In this document: piece by piece, positions 10,246-20,351 of the stretch | How positions within the stretch are numbered: the stretch's first letter is position 1 | How the letters are laid out: the number at the start of each line of letters is the position of its first letter | Source: an uncultured delta proteobacterium | GTDB lineage: Bacteria > Myxococcota_A > Polyangia > Polyangiales > JAFGIB01 | DNA: 64,000 nucleotides | Assembly (NCBI GenBank): GCA_963778655.1 | Contig: CAVZVA010000002.1 | Span: 480,001 to 544,000, forward strand | Reading direction: 5' to 3' | The notes under the pieces: model-generated | What the model was told of the DNA's origin: nothing | Databases searched by the model: none | The model's input: the letters and a program-made list of their open reading frames with translations, nothing else | Position numbers and translations under genes: made by a program

Positions 10246-10860
10246 ATGTTCACGGGCATCACGCGCGGCACGTTTCCGGTAACGCGCGTCGAGCGCAAGC
10301 CGGACCTGCTGCGTTTCGCGGTGAGCCTGCCTGGCGCGTTGCTCGAGGGCCTGCAGCTGGGCGCGAGCGTGGCGATCGAAGGCGTGTGCCAGACCGTGGT
10401 CGCGATCGACGGCCACGAGGTGCTGTTCGAGGCGATCCGCGAGACGCTCGACAAGACCACGCTGGGTGAGCTCGCCAAGGGCGGGCTGGTGAGCGTGGAG
10501 CGCAGCTACCGCATCGGCGACGAGCTCGGCGGCCACGAGGTGGCCGGCCACGTGACCGGCATGGGCCTGCTCGACGCGGTGCGGCGCGAGGGCGACGTGT
10601 GCGACCTACGCATCGCCGTGCCCAAGAGCTGGATGCGCTACATCCTACCCAAGGGCTTCATCGCCGTGGACGGCTCGAGCCTGACCGTGGGCGAGACCGA
10701 CCCCGAGGGCGCGTTCTTCGTGCACCTCATCCCGGAGACGCTGCGGCTGACCAATCTGGGGCGCAAGCGCCAGGGCGATCGCGTCAACATCGAGCTCGAC
10801 GCGCGCACCGTCGCGATCGTCGACACAGTCGAGCGCGTGCTCGCACAGCGCGGGCATTAG
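10246..10860 (+). CDS. ribE: Riboflavin synthase (alpha chain)
   Basis: Diagnostic MFTGI N-terminus, GASVAIEGVCQTV, LGGHEVAGHV, KGFIAVDGSSLTV, VNIELD. Confidence 0.95.
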   Translation: MFTGITRGTFPVTRVERKPDLLRFAVSLPGALLEGLQLGASVAIEGVCQTVVAIDGHEVLFEAIRETLDKTTLGELAKGGLVSVERSYRIGDELGGHEVAGHVTGMGLLDAVRREGDVCDLRIAVPKSWMRYILPKGFIAVDGSSLTVGETDPEGAFFVHLIPETLRLTNLGRKRQGDRVNIELDARTVAIVDTVERVLAQRGH

Positions 10861-10863
10861 ACG

Positions 10864-10940
10864 CAACAGGATTCCGGAAGGATCTGGAAGCCGGGAAGTT
10901 CGGAGGCAGATGCGTTCTGCCCTTCCCGTCTTGCCGTGAA
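10864..10940. repeat. GGAAG/CTTCC quasi-palindromic intergenic repeat, copy 1
   Basis: CAACAGG...GGAAGCCGGGAAG...CTTCCCGTCTTGCCGTGAA, between convergent genes. Confidence 0.7.
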
Positions 10941-10966
10941 GCGCCGAGCCGACGCGCCGCGCGCGC

Positions 10967-11818
10967 TTACTTGGATTTGATCGCAAACGCGATCGGCTTG
11001 CCTTCGAAGGCCGCCTCGACCTGGGGCATGACGTGGATGTCGGGCTTCTTGACCTGCTCGCGCAGGCTCTCGATCGTGTTGCGCGCCCAGCCCTGTTGAA
11101 AGAGGTTGACGAGCCACTTGGGCACCGATCCCCTGGGGTCGCCGTGCATCTGCGCGATCACGAAGGTCCTCCGCCCGCCGTCCATCGCCTTGAGCTTCCA
11201 GTAGCCGCGTAGCTCGCCGCGGATGTAGTGCGTCGGCGGCAGCGCCGGATCAGTCGTGGGCTCGATCGTCATCACCAGGCTCTGCTGCTCGAGATCGAGC
11301 GCGAGCTTGCCGTGACAGACAAAGTCGCGGTCCTTCATGATGATGGGAGGCGTGCCGACGTGATCGTACTCGATGAACTCGAGCGGTCCGAGCATGCGGA
11401 CCACGCGCACTTCTTCCAGGCTATCGATCCATTCGGTCGCGCGCGTGTAGTCGAGCAACACGCTGGCGACACGCACGATCGGAGCCTCGACGATGCCCTC
11501 GCCAAGCAGGTCGATGATCTCGCTGCCGTGCACGTCTCGCTTGAAGGTGATGATACCGTGCCCGCTGCTGGTCTCGGTCCAAGGGCTCGGTTGCGCCCCC
11601 GGCTTGCCACGGCCGCGTTCGGACACGCGCTGCCCCTTGGGCGCGGCGATCTTCGGCTCCCGGGCGCCCGGCGCCCGCCGCGCGGGGCCTGCCGCCCTGC
11701 CCGCCGTCGACGCCTGCGGCGCTGCCGGTGTGCCGACCGGGGGGGCGGCATCCACACGCCATGCGACGGCCATGACCGACCACGCTACGAGCGACCAGAG
11801 TCGCGATGGTGCCGTCAT
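10967..11818 (-). CDS. Secreted START/SRPBCC-domain lipid-binding protein
   Basis: Signal peptide; EWIDSL, MKDRDFV, GYWKL, HGDPRGSVPKWLVN. Confidence 0.8.
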   Translation of the reverse strand: MTAPSRLWSLVAWSVMAVAWRVDAAPPVGTPAAPQASTAGRAAGPARRAPGAREPKIAAPKGQRVSERGRGKPGAQPSPWTETSSGHGIITFKRDVHGSEIIDLLGEGIVEAPIVRVASVLLDYTRATEWIDSLEEVRVVRMLGPLEFIEYDHVGTPPIIMKDRDFVCHGKLALDLEQQSLVMTIEPTTDPALPPTHYIRGELRGYWKLKAMDGGRRTFVIAQMHGDPRGSVPKWLVNLFQQGWARNTIESLREQVKKPDIHVMPQVEAAFEGKPIAFAIKSK

Positions 11819-11846
11819 GAAGTCCCCTCGATCGCCGGACGGGTGC

Positions 11847-11876
11847 AGAAAAACACGGGGCCCAGACGGGTGTCAA
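11847..11876 (-). promoter_or_regulatory. Possible sigma70 promoter for the START gene
   Basis: Perfect TTGACA on the minus strand (11876-11871) with a weak T-rich -10 element 17-18 nt downstream; GAGGGG RBS before the ATG. Confidence 0.4.
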
Positions 11877-11951
11877 GGCGCGCGCGCGGCATGATGCCGC
11901 TTCGGTCTGGGTGTGCTCCAGGCGGGGTCGGCGCGGGCATCGCCCTCGGCC

Positions 11952-13388
11952 TCAAAGCATCGGATCGGGCTGGTAGCGCAATGCCTCGGGGTGTCGCTCC
12001 AACAGCGCTTCCACCTCCTGCACGAAGGCGCGCGTCTGCGCTCCTGCCGCCCCCACGAACTGCAGCGGGTCGTCGAGCAGGCGCCCGAGCTGCGCGCGGT
12101 CGAGCCGCAGCCGGCCGTCGGCGGCCAGCCGGTCGAGCAGGTCGTTGTCGGCCTCGCCGCGCTGGCGCATGGCCAGCGCCACGGCCGTGGCGTGCTGCTT
12201 GATCACCTCGTGCGCGCGCTCGCGTCCCACCCCGGCGCGCACCGCCGCCATCAGCAGCTTGGTGGTGGCCAGAAACGGCAGATAGCGCCGCAGCTCGTGC
12301 TCGATCACCAGCGGATACGCCCCGAGCTCGGCGAGCACGTGCAGCAGCGTCTGAAACAAGCCGTCCGCGGCGAAGAACGCATCTGGCAGCATCATGCGGC
12401 GCACCACCGAGCAGCTCACGTCGCCCTCGTTCCACTGATCGCCTGCGAGCGCAGCAGCCATGGTCTGGTGGCCCATCAGGATCACGCGCAGGCCGTGGAT
12501 GCGCTCGCACGAGCGCGTGTTCATCTTGTGCGGCATGGCCGAAGAGCCGACCTGGCCGGGCTGAAAACCTTCGGTCACCAGCTCGTGGCCGGCCATCAGT
12601 CGCATGCTCAGCGCCAGGCTCGCGGGCCCCGCTACTGCGAGCAACAGCGCGCTCACCACCTCGAGGTCGAGCGAGCGCGGATAGACCTGGCCAACGTTGA
12701 CGAGGACCTGCTCGAAGCCCAGGTGCTGCGCGACCGCGCGCTCGAGCCGCTCGAGCTTGGCCGGGTCGCCGCCCAGCAGGTCGAGCTGATCCTGCTGCGT
12801 GCCGACCGGACCCTTGAGCCCGCGCAGGGGATAGCGCGCGATCAGAGCCTCGAGCTGCTGCAGCGCGAGCAGCAGCTCCTGGCCCGCATTGGCGAAGCGC
12901 TTGCCGAGCGTGGTGGCCTGAGCCGCGACGTTGTGCGTGCGCGCGGCCATCACCGTGGCCTCGTGCTCGGCCGCACGCTCGGCCAGGCGCGCGAGCGCGC
13001 TCAGCATGCGATCGCGCACCAGCTGCAGCCCGGTGCGCAGCTGCATCTGCTCGACGTTCTCGGTCAGGTCGCGCGAGGTCAGGCCCTTGTGGATGTGCTC
13101 GTGCCCGGCCAGCGCGCAGAACTCCTCGATGCGCGCCTTGACATCGTGGCGCGTAACGCGCTCGCGCGCCGCGATCGACTGCAGGTCGACCTGGTCCACC
13201 ACGTCGCTGTAAGCCTCGATCACGCCGTCGGGCACGGGCACTCCGAGCTCGCGCTGCGCCTTGAGCACCGCGATCCACAGCAAGCGCTCGAGCACCACCT
13301 TGTGCTCCGGCGCGAACAGCGCGCGCATTTGCGCGCTGGCGTAGCGCTGCGCGAGCACGTTGGGCACGACCTCGGCGCCGCTGCTCAC
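11952..13388 (-). CDS. purB: Adenylosuccinate lyase
   Basis: PNVLAQRYAS, RHDV, HKGLTSRDLTEN, GSSAMPHKMN signature. The GTG start overlaps the upstream SDR stop (GTGA). Confidence 0.93.
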   Translation of the reverse strand: MSSGAEVVPNVLAQRYASAQMRALFAPEHKVVLERLLWIAVLKAQRELGVPVPDGVIEAYSDVVDQVDLQSIAARERVTRHDVKARIEEFCALAGHEHIHKGLTSRDLTENVEQMQLRTGLQLVRDRMLSALARLAERAAEHEATVMAARTHNVAAQATTLGKRFANAGQELLLALQQLEALIARYPLRGLKGPVGTQQDQLDLLGGDPAKLERLERAVAQHLGFEQVLVNVGQVYPRSLDLEVVSALLLAVAGPASLALSMRLMAGHELVTEGFQPGQVGSSAMPHKMNTRSCERIHGLRVILMGHQTMAAALAGDQWNEGDVSCSVVRRMMLPDAFFAADGLFQTLLHVLAELGAYPLVIEHELRRYLPFLATTKLLMAAVRAGVGRERAHEVIKQHATAVALAMRQRGEADNDLLDRLAADGRLRLDRAQLGRLLDDPLQFVGAAGAQTRAFVQEVEALLERHPEALRYQPDPML

Positions 13389-14167
13389 AGCGCGCTCCCG
13401 CCATCGACCTTGATGATGGCACCGGTGGTGAAGGCCGAGGCTGCGGAGGCCAGGTACACCACCGCGCCCACGATGTCCGAGGGACGGCCCGCGCGGCCCA
13501 GCGGGATCGCCTGGCTGACCAGGCTGTCGTCGCCGCCCGGCATCATGAAGGCGGTCATCTTGCTCGGGAACAGGCCGGGCGCGATGGCGTTGACCGCAAT
13601 GCCTTCGCGCGCCAAGCGCTTGGCCAGCGTCTGCGTGAGATGATGCACGGCGGCCTTGGCCGGGTGATAGGGCCAGGCGTTGTCGAGCGGGAACTCGATG
13701 CCGGAGATCGAGCCGATGTTGATCACGCGCGCCAGCGCGTCGGGCGGCGTGGCTGCGTGGCGCAAATAGGGCAGGCACTGCTGGGTGAGGAAGAACAGCG
13801 CCTTGACGTTGAGGTCGAAGACCTTGTCCCAGCCCGCCTCGGGAAACTCGTCGAGCTCGGCGCCCCAGGTGGCGCCGGCGTTGTTGACCAGCACGTCGAG
13901 CGCGCCGCCGAAGTGCTCACCCGCGAGCTCGGCCACACGCTCGATCTCCGGCAGCGTGGAGAGGTCGGCCCGCTCGGTGCGGACGTCCAGACCGCGTTTT
14001 CCCTTCAGCTCAGCGCTGAGCGCATCGAGCGAGGCTTGCTTGCGCGAGCAGGTGAAGATACGCGCGCCGCGCTCGGCCAGGCCGGTGGTGATCATCTTGC
14101 CGATGCCTGACGCCCCGCCCGTCACGAGCACGCGCTTGCCGGCAACCGAAAATAGCTCGTCTGTCAT
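13385..14167 (-). CDS. SDR family oxidoreductase (RhlG-like; paralogue of 8476-9246)
   Basis: TGGASGIG, NNAG, YHPAK, VDGG. Confidence 0.9.
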   Translation of the reverse strand: MTDELFSVAGKRVLVTGGASGIGKMITTGLAERGARIFTCSRKQASLDALSAELKGKRGLDVRTERADLSTLPEIERVAELAGEHFGGALDVLVNNAGATWGAELDEFPEAGWDKVFDLNVKALFFLTQQCLPYLRHAATPPDALARVINIGSISGIEFPLDNAWPYHPAKAAVHHLTQTLAKRLAREGIAVNAIAPGLFPSKMTAFMMPGGDDSLVSQAIPLGRAGRPSDIVGAVVYLASAASAFTTGAIIKVDGGSAL

Positions 14168-14351
14168 GGCCCCTTTCCTGACGCTGGCCCCGGGGGTTCT
14201 ACCCGCGGCCGTGGCGCGCTTCAACGCGCCCGGCGCCGGGCGTAGGGCGATTTGTGCGCAGATCCCAGATCCCTAAAGAGTATGCATTACTTTTCGCTAG
14301 AAAACGCTCCGGGCGCGCGATACACCGTGAGGCGCTGCGAAGGAGACAGCC

Positions 14352-15659
14352 ATGCAACTGCAAAACGTCGTTTTGGTGGATGGAGCGCGCACGGCCTTTG
14401 GACGCGGGGGGCGCGGCAAGCTAGTCGCTACGAGACTCGACGAGGCGGGCGCGAAGGTGCTGCGCGCGCTGCTGGATCGAAACCCCAAGGTCAAAGACTC
14501 GATGATCGAGGATGTGGGCCTGGGCAACGTGAGCGGACGCGGTGAGTTCGTGATGCTCGGGGTGGTGGCGCGCCTGGCGGGGCTGCCGCTCGAGGTGTGC
14601 TCGTTCAACAGCAACCGCCAATGCGGCTCGAGCATGGAGACGCTGCACCGGATCGCGATGTCGATCGCGGTGGGCGCGACCGAGTGCGGAATCGCGCTCG
14701 GCATCGAGCGCATGGGGCGCTCGTTGGGTGCGGGCATGGGCGGCGGCGAGAAGCCCAACCGCATCACGGGCATGAACCGGCGCTGGTTCGAGATGAACGA
14801 GGCCCAGCGCAATCAGGCCCCGGACCACGGCGAGTACTTCTCGCGGCCGATCCCGGACTACATCCTGAAGTCCATCCCGCTGCAGAGCATGACGCAGACG
14901 GCGCAGAACGTGGTGGAGATGTACGAGCTCAGCCGCAAGGAGCTCGACGATTTCGCCTGCGAGAGTCACCACAAGACGGCCAAGGCCTACGAAAAGGGCA
15001 TCTACAAGGACGAGATCGTGCCGCTCGAGGTGGAGCAGCCGGTGTTCGACAAGGAAGGCAAGTGGGTCGAGGCCGAGAAGGGCCCGCAGATCACGTTCGA
15101 CCGCGACGAGGGGCTACGCCCCGACACGACGGTGGAAAAGCTGGCGACGCTGGATCCGGTCAAGGGCATCCAGAGCTTCGGCGGGCAGGAGCTGCGCATC
15201 ACCGCGGGCAACTCGTGTCCGACCAACGACGGGGTTTCGGCGTGCCTGCTGATGAGCGAAAAGAAGGCGCTCGCGCTGGGGCTGACTCCGCTGGCGCGCA
15301 TCGTCGGGCTGGGCGTGGGCGGCGTGAAGCCGCAGCTGATGGGCCTGGGCCCGGTGGTGTCGACCAAGAAGGCGCTCAAGCACGCGGGCATCGGCGCCGA
15401 GCAGATCGACCGGGTGGAGTTCAACGAGGCGTTCGCGGCGCAGGTGCTGCCTTCGTTGCAAGAGCTGAAGATTCCCCAAGAGAAGGTGAACGTGAACGGC
15501 GGCTCGATCGCGATCGGTCACCCGCTGGGCGCGACCGGCGCGCGGCTGGTCCTGACGGTCGCCAAGGAGCTGCGCCGGAGCAAGACGCGCTACGGCCTGG
15601 CCACGCAGTGCATCGGTGCAGGCATGGGCATCTCGACCATCGTCGAGCGCCTGGACTGA
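14352..15659 (+). CDS. Thiolase (acetyl-CoA C-acyltransferase)
   Basis: NRQCGSS, NEAFA, GHPLGATG, CIGAGMG; AAGGAG RBS. Confidence 0.93.
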   Translation: MQLQNVVLVDGARTAFGRGGRGKLVATRLDEAGAKVLRALLDRNPKVKDSMIEDVGLGNVSGRGEFVMLGVVARLAGLPLEVCSFNSNRQCGSSMETLHRIAMSIAVGATECGIALGIERMGRSLGAGMGGGEKPNRITGMNRRWFEMNEAQRNQAPDHGEYFSRPIPDYILKSIPLQSMTQTAQNVVEMYELSRKELDDFACESHHKTAKAYEKGIYKDEIVPLEVEQPVFDKEGKWVEAEKGPQITFDRDEGLRPDTTVEKLATLDPVKGIQSFGGQELRITAGNSCPTNDGVSACLLMSEKKALALGLTPLARIVGLGVGGVKPQLMGLGPVVSTKKALKHAGIGAEQIDRVEFNEAFAAQVLPSLQELKIPQEKVNVNGGSIAIGHPLGATGARLVLTVAKELRRSKTRYGLATQCIGAGMGISTIVERLD

Positions 15660-15691
15660 AGCGGTCCAGCCGTTCGTGTCGCCGAGCATGC

Positions 15692-15720
15692 GCGCGTCCG
15701 GATCGCCGATCCGGACGCGC
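15692..15720 (+). terminator. Perfect 13-bp hairpin downstream of the thiolase (no U-tract)
   Basis: GCGCGTCCGGATC-GCC-GATCCGGACGCGC, 32 nt after the stop codon. Confidence 0.5.
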
Positions 15721-16001
15721 CGCTCGCTCGACTCCCCCGACCCCGCGGCGCCTTGCGTCGTGCAGCTCAGCAGCCGGCAGTGCCCATCCCGAACCCGGGT
15801 ACCCACCCGGGCGCGCCCTGCCCCCACTGGGCCGAAGTCGAGGACGTCTGGAGACGGGGCGGGAAGCGTGGTACGGCGTACGGCGGTGTCGGAAGCCGAG
15901 CACTTGCACGGGTTGGGCTGGCTGTGCAGGAAGCGCGGATCGAAATGGGCTCGAGACTGGCGCTGGCGCTGAGGCAGCGCTGCTGATGGGGCAGGTGAGT
16001 C

Positions 16002-17249
16002 ATGAAAGCAACCCTGGTTTGGATTTCGGCGGGGCTGGCGCTCGGGTGGCTCGGGTGCGCAGCCTCGAAGTCGCCCGGTAGCAACGGGACCGGCGGAACC
16101 CCCGGCGGCCTCGGTACCGGGGCCACTGCGGCACCGGCCACTGGCGGCTCGGGCGCGCCGGTGGGCGGCAGCGGCGGCAGCAGTGCCACCGGCGGCAGCG
16201 GCGGCGGGGTGACCGGCGGCACGGGCGGCGGCGCCGGTGGCGCGATAGCCACCGGCGGCATGGGCGGCGGGGTGACCGGCGGCACGGGCGGCGGGATGAC
16301 CGGCGGCATGGGCGGCGGAATGACCGGCGGCATGGGCGGCGGCGCGGGCGCAGGCCCCGTGACCTACCCCATGCTCGACGGCGCCATGATCGGCAGCCCC
16401 GCGGAGCTCTCGACCGGCGTCACGCTGACGCTCGCCGAGGGCCCGGTCTGGGATCCGTGCACCCACAAGATGCTGTTCGTCGACGTGCAGGGGGCGGGAA
16501 ATACGGGTGTCATCTACGCGATGGGCGCCGACGACCAGGCCAGCGTGCTCAAGATGGGCACCAGCAACACCAACGGCATCGCCTGGGACCGCACCGACGG
16601 CTCGCTGGTGCTCGCGCAGATGGGTGGCGCGCCGGGTCACGTCGCGCGCATGGACCGCTCAGGAACCATCACCGTGATCCCGACCACCGGGGGCACGCTG
16701 CACACCCCCGATGACGTGATCGTGCGCTCCGACGGAACCATCTACTTCACCGACGGCGACTTCCCGCCGATCGGCGGCATCGACCTCGGGCAACTGCCCG
16801 TCTATGCGATCAAGGCGGGCACCACCGCGCTGCTCAACGGGGGCACGGTACAAGGCCCGAACGGCATTCAGCTCTCGCCCGACGAGAAGACGCTCTACGT
16901 CGACGAGTACTTCGGCGGCAACGTGATCAAGTTCACGGTGGCCGACGACGGGACGCTGACCAAGGGCAGCGCGGTCGCCAGCGGTCTGGCCAGCCCGGAC
17001 AGCCTGTGCATCGACGCCGCCGGCAACCTCTACGTCGGCGTCAGCACGGGCCTGCAGGTGCTGCGCCCCGATGGCTCGATGGTGAAGTTGATCCCCGTGT
17101 CGGGCGTGCAAGGCGTGACCAATTGCGGATTCGGCGGCGATGACGGCAAGACCTTGTACATCACCGCCTGGACCAAGGTTCTGAAGGTGACGGGCATGCC
17201 GATCCCCGGGCTCGAGTGGACCATGAATCAGAGCCTGACCTGCTCGTAG
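16002..17249 (+). CDS. SMP-30/gluconolactonase/LRE family lipoprotein with Gly-rich repeat linker
   Basis: Lipobox WLGC; EGPVWD, NTNGI, PDDVIVRSDGTIYFTD, PNGIQLSPDEKTLYV, TNCGFGG. Confidence 0.88.
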   Translation: MKATLVWISAGLALGWLGCAASKSPGSNGTGGTPGGLGTGATAAPATGGSGAPVGGSGGSSATGGSGGGVTGGTGGGAGGAIATGGMGGGVTGGTGGGMTGGMGGGMTGGMGGGAGAGPVTYPMLDGAMIGSPAELSTGVTLTLAEGPVWDPCTHKMLFVDVQGAGNTGVIYAMGADDQASVLKMGTSNTNGIAWDRTDGSLVLAQMGGAPGHVARMDRSGTITVIPTTGGTLHTPDDVIVRSDGTIYFTDGDFPPIGGIDLGQLPVYAIKAGTTALLNGGTVQGPNGIQLSPDEKTLYVDEYFGGNVIKFTVADDGTLTKGSAVASGLASPDSLCIDAAGNLYVGVSTGLQVLRPDGSMVKLIPVSGVQGVTNCGFGGDDGKTLYITAWTKVLKVTGMPIPGLEWTMNQSLTCS

Positions 17250-17265
17250 GCGTCCGGCCGGGGAC

Positions 17266-17901
17266 CTACTTGCGCCCGCGCATCGCGGGTGGATCCACGC
17301 GCTCGTCGAGCGCGATCAGGATGCGCAGCATGGCGTGCTTGGCGCGCTCCACGTCCCAGCCACCCTCGGGGTACTCGGTCGCCATCTGCACCGCGATCTG
17401 GTTGATCGCCGCCACCACGCCCCGCACCAGGATCGGATCAGGAGCGTGGCGCCCCTGGCGCACCATCGCTTCGGAGATCAGATCGGTGAACGCGGCCATG
17501 GCTGCGTCGCGCTGCCTGGCCAGCGGCGAGCTGGGCGAGAACTGCTCGAGCAGCAACACGCTCGCCAGCGGGCCGGCGCGCGCGTGCACGCGGATGTAGG
17601 CCTCGACCGCGGCGGCCAGGCGCTCGTGCGCCGGCAGGGCGGAGCGCTCGGCTTCGCGAACGGCCGAGAGCAGCATGGCCACCGAGTTCTCGAACAGCAC
17701 ACGCAGCACGTCTTCCTTGCTGCGGAAAGTCTTGTAGAAGGTGCGACGCGAGACGCCGGCCTCGGCCAGAATCGCCTCGACCGAGCTGCCGCCGTAGCCG
17801 AGCCGGCCGAATACCTCGGCAGCCCCGCGCAGCACGCGGATGCGCACCGATTCGGAAGCGTCCCCGCGTTCCTCGACTCTGCTCTGGCGCGCCGCAGCCA
17901 T
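17266..17901 (-). CDS. TetR/AcrR family transcriptional regulator
   Basis: HTH: SVEAILAEAGVSRRTFYKTFRSKED. Confidence 0.9.
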   Translation of the reverse strand: MAAARQSRVEERGDASESVRIRVLRGAAEVFGRLGYGGSSVEAILAEAGVSRRTFYKTFRSKEDVLRVLFENSVAMLLSAVREAERSALPAHERLAAAVEAYIRVHARAGPLASVLLLEQFSPSSPLARQRDAAMAAFTDLISEAMVRQGRHAPDPILVRGVVAAINQIAVQMATEYPEGGWDVERAKHAMLRILIALDERVDPPAMRGRK

Positions 17902-18008
17902 CGTCCCGACCGGCGCAGGTATACACCATTGTCTACCGGTTGTCGCGCGCGCTCGTCCGCGCGGTCAAAGGCCCGGCCGGCAAGGCGCGGGCCCGGCACT
18001 GCTGGCGC

Positions 18009-18884
18009 TCACTTCAGGCAGTAGGCTGCTTGCACGTCGTCGCCGCTCACGCAGCTCTTGCTCGTGCAGGTGAACGAATCGCATTCGGAGTCGTTCTGGC
18101 ACGCCGCGCCGGCGCTCTTGCGGGGCGCGCACATGCCCATGAACGTGCTGTTCGGATTGTCGCAGTAGAGCCCGTCCTGGCAGTTCAGGTCGGTGAAGCA
18201 GCGCCCGCCGCGCGCCGCGCGCTGGGCGCACATCCAGGTGGGGTCGGCTGGAAGACAGGCCAGCCCGTCGCCGAGGCGGCAGGACACCAGCGACACGGCG
18301 AGATCGTGCACCGACGCCATGCTCAGACCGCCCGGGGGCGTGCAGTCGTCGCCGGCGCCGAGCGTGCCGGTGAAGCTGCTCTCGAAACCGTCGGGCGAGA
18401 CCGCCCACGCCGCGACCGACGGATCGCAGGTGGAGGCGCGATGCTCGAGCTCGGCGAACGCCGTGCTCGCGGCGTTGGCGTCGAAGCCGACCGCTGGATC
18501 CTCCGACAACATGTCGAACAGCGCCGTGTTCTTGCAGCTGTCCTCGGCGGCCTTCTCGCAAGCCGCAAAGTCGCGCCCCGGGCTCTTGCAGCAGTGCTGC
18601 TCCCCGGCGCACTGAATGGTGGCGAGTCGCACGCACACGTTGCCTGCGGTGACCGTGTTGCTGCCGCCGGCATCGAACAGCGGCAGCCCAGCATCCATGT
18701 TCGAAGGCATGCCCGAATCTCCGCCGCTGCCGCCCGCGCCGCTGCCGGCGCTGCCGCCCGCCCCGGAGGCGGAGCCGCCGCCTGTGCCGGTGCCGGAACT
18801 ACCGCCGCCACCTCCGTTGTCGCTCGAGCTACCACACCCACAGGCCACGCCCAGCATCAGGCTCCACACTAAGATCCGACTCAT
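18009..18884 (-). CDS. Cys-rich lipoprotein of unknown function
   Basis: Signal peptide ending VACGC, Gly-rich linker, many Cys in myxobacterial-type repeats (GRCFTDLNCQDGLYC; GAACQNDSECDSFTC); GGAGG RBS. Confidence 0.75.
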   Translation of the reverse strand: MSRILVWSLMLGVACGCGSSSDNGGGGGSSGTGTGGGSASGAGGSAGSGAGGSGGDSGMPSNMDAGLPLFDAGGSNTVTAGNVCVRLATIQCAGEQHCCKSPGRDFAACEKAAEDSCKNTALFDMLSEDPAVGFDANAASTAFAELEHRASTCDPSVAAWAVSPDGFESSFTGTLGAGDDCTPPGGLSMASVHDLAVSLVSCRLGDGLACLPADPTWMCAQRAARGGRCFTDLNCQDGLYCDNPNSTFMGMCAPRKSAGAACQNDSECDSFTCTSKSCVSGDDVQAAYCLK

Positions 18885-19023
18885 GCGCCCTCCAATACCC
18901 AACACAGCAAGATCTGCCGCAGCGCGCGAGAATACGCGTCGAGCCTTCGCTCGCCAAGGCTGTGCAGACCAGGAAGCGCGGATTCGCCGCTAACGGGCGC
19001 TCTCCCACTTCGTGGACACGTAG

Positions 19024-20166
19024 TCAGGCGCGCCGGAACGGACCGTGCAGGGCAAGCGCGGCCATCTCCTCGCGAATTGCCTCGGCCTCCCGCGGTAGAA
19101 ACTCGGCCAGGGCTCGCCGCAAGCCGCTGTGCTCGATGTAATGTGCACTATGGATCACGGCGGGCAGCAGCCCGCGGCGGAGCTTGTGCGTGCCCTGCGC
19201 GCCGGCCTCGAAGCGGCTCAGGCCCTGCGTGATCGCGCGCTCGATCAGCCGGTAATAGCAGCACTCGAAGTGCAGCGCCGGATGCTCCTCGCTGCAGCCC
19301 CAGTAGCGCCCGTACAGGTGCTTGCCCTTCTGGAAATTGAGCGTCCCAGCAATCGGCTTGCCGGCGCGGTAGGCGAGCACGCTCACCACCCGCTGCGCGT
19401 GGGTCTTGCGGATCAGCTCGAAGAAGCGCCGCGTCAGATAGGGACCCGAGCCGCGCTTGCGGCAGGTGTCGGCGTAGAACGCGTAGAGCGCCCGCCACTC
19501 CTTGTCGCCGAGCTCGGGGCCCTCCAGCACCCGCAGCTCGAGGCCGCTCTGCTCCACCTGCCGGCGCTCGCGCCGGACCTGCTTGCGCAGAGCGGAGCGA
19601 AAGCGCTCCAGGTAGTCGTCGAAGCTTGCAAAGCCGTCGTTGCGCCAGTGGAACTGGATCGATTCGCGCGGGATCAGGTCGGCGTTGGCCAGCAGCGCGT
19701 CGCGCTCGCGCTCGTTGACGAACAAGAAGTGAATCGACGACGCGTCGAGCCGCGCACGCGCCTCGAACGCGCCCTGCAGCAACGCGCCGACCACCGCCTC
19801 GGGCACGGCATCCTCGGCCCACAGCACGCGCCGGCCGGTCGCGGGCGTGAAGGGCACCATGCTCACGAGCTTGGGGTAATAGCGCAGCCCCGCGCGCTCG
19901 GCCGACGAGGCCCAGCTCCAGTCGAAGATGTACTCGCCGTAGCTGTGTAGCTTGACGTAGAGCGGAAGCGCGCCGACCAGCCGCTCACCCTCGCGCGCCA
20001 CCACGTGCAAGGGCAGCCAGCCGCTGTCGCCGCCCACGCTGCCGCTCTGCTCCAGGGCCAGCAGAAAGGCGTGCTCGATGAAGGGATCGTCCTGGCCGGC
20101 CAGCGCGTCCCACTGCGCGGCGTCGATCGCCTCGAGCTTGGACAGCAGCTCCACGCGTAGGCCCAT
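19024..20166 (-). CDS. GNAT/FemAB-like (DUF482) N-acyltransferase
   Basis: KLHSYGEYIFDWSWA, YYPKL, PFTPATG, LYGRYWG, LHFECCYY, FEAGAQGTHK. Confidence 0.9.
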   Translation of the reverse strand: MGLRVELLSKLEAIDAAQWDALAGQDDPFIEHAFLLALEQSGSVGGDSGWLPLHVVAREGERLVGALPLYVKLHSYGEYIFDWSWASSAERAGLRYYPKLVSMVPFTPATGRRVLWAEDAVPEAVVGALLQGAFEARARLDASSIHFLFVNERERDALLANADLIPRESIQFHWRNDGFASFDDYLERFRSALRKQVRRERRQVEQSGLELRVLEGPELGDKEWRALYAFYADTCRKRGSGPYLTRRFFELIRKTHAQRVVSVLAYRAGKPIAGTLNFQKGKHLYGRYWGCSEEHPALHFECCYYRLIERAITQGLSRFEAGAQGTHKLRRGLLPAVIHSAHYIEHSGLRRALAEFLPREAEAIREEMAALALHGPFRRA

Positions 20167-20351
20167 GCCCGATGGTGTAGACCGGCGGCGTCGCGCTGTC
20201 GACGCCGCGCCGGGATCCGGCCCGTTGCCAGGAAGCGCGCGCGCCTGGCGATCGCGACCGCGCGACCCCTGCACGCGGCGTGCGGTGGGGGCCGAAAACA
20301 GCCAGCGCAGGTTGTTGTGTCGGCCACGGTCCGTAACGTAAATTCGCCGGC

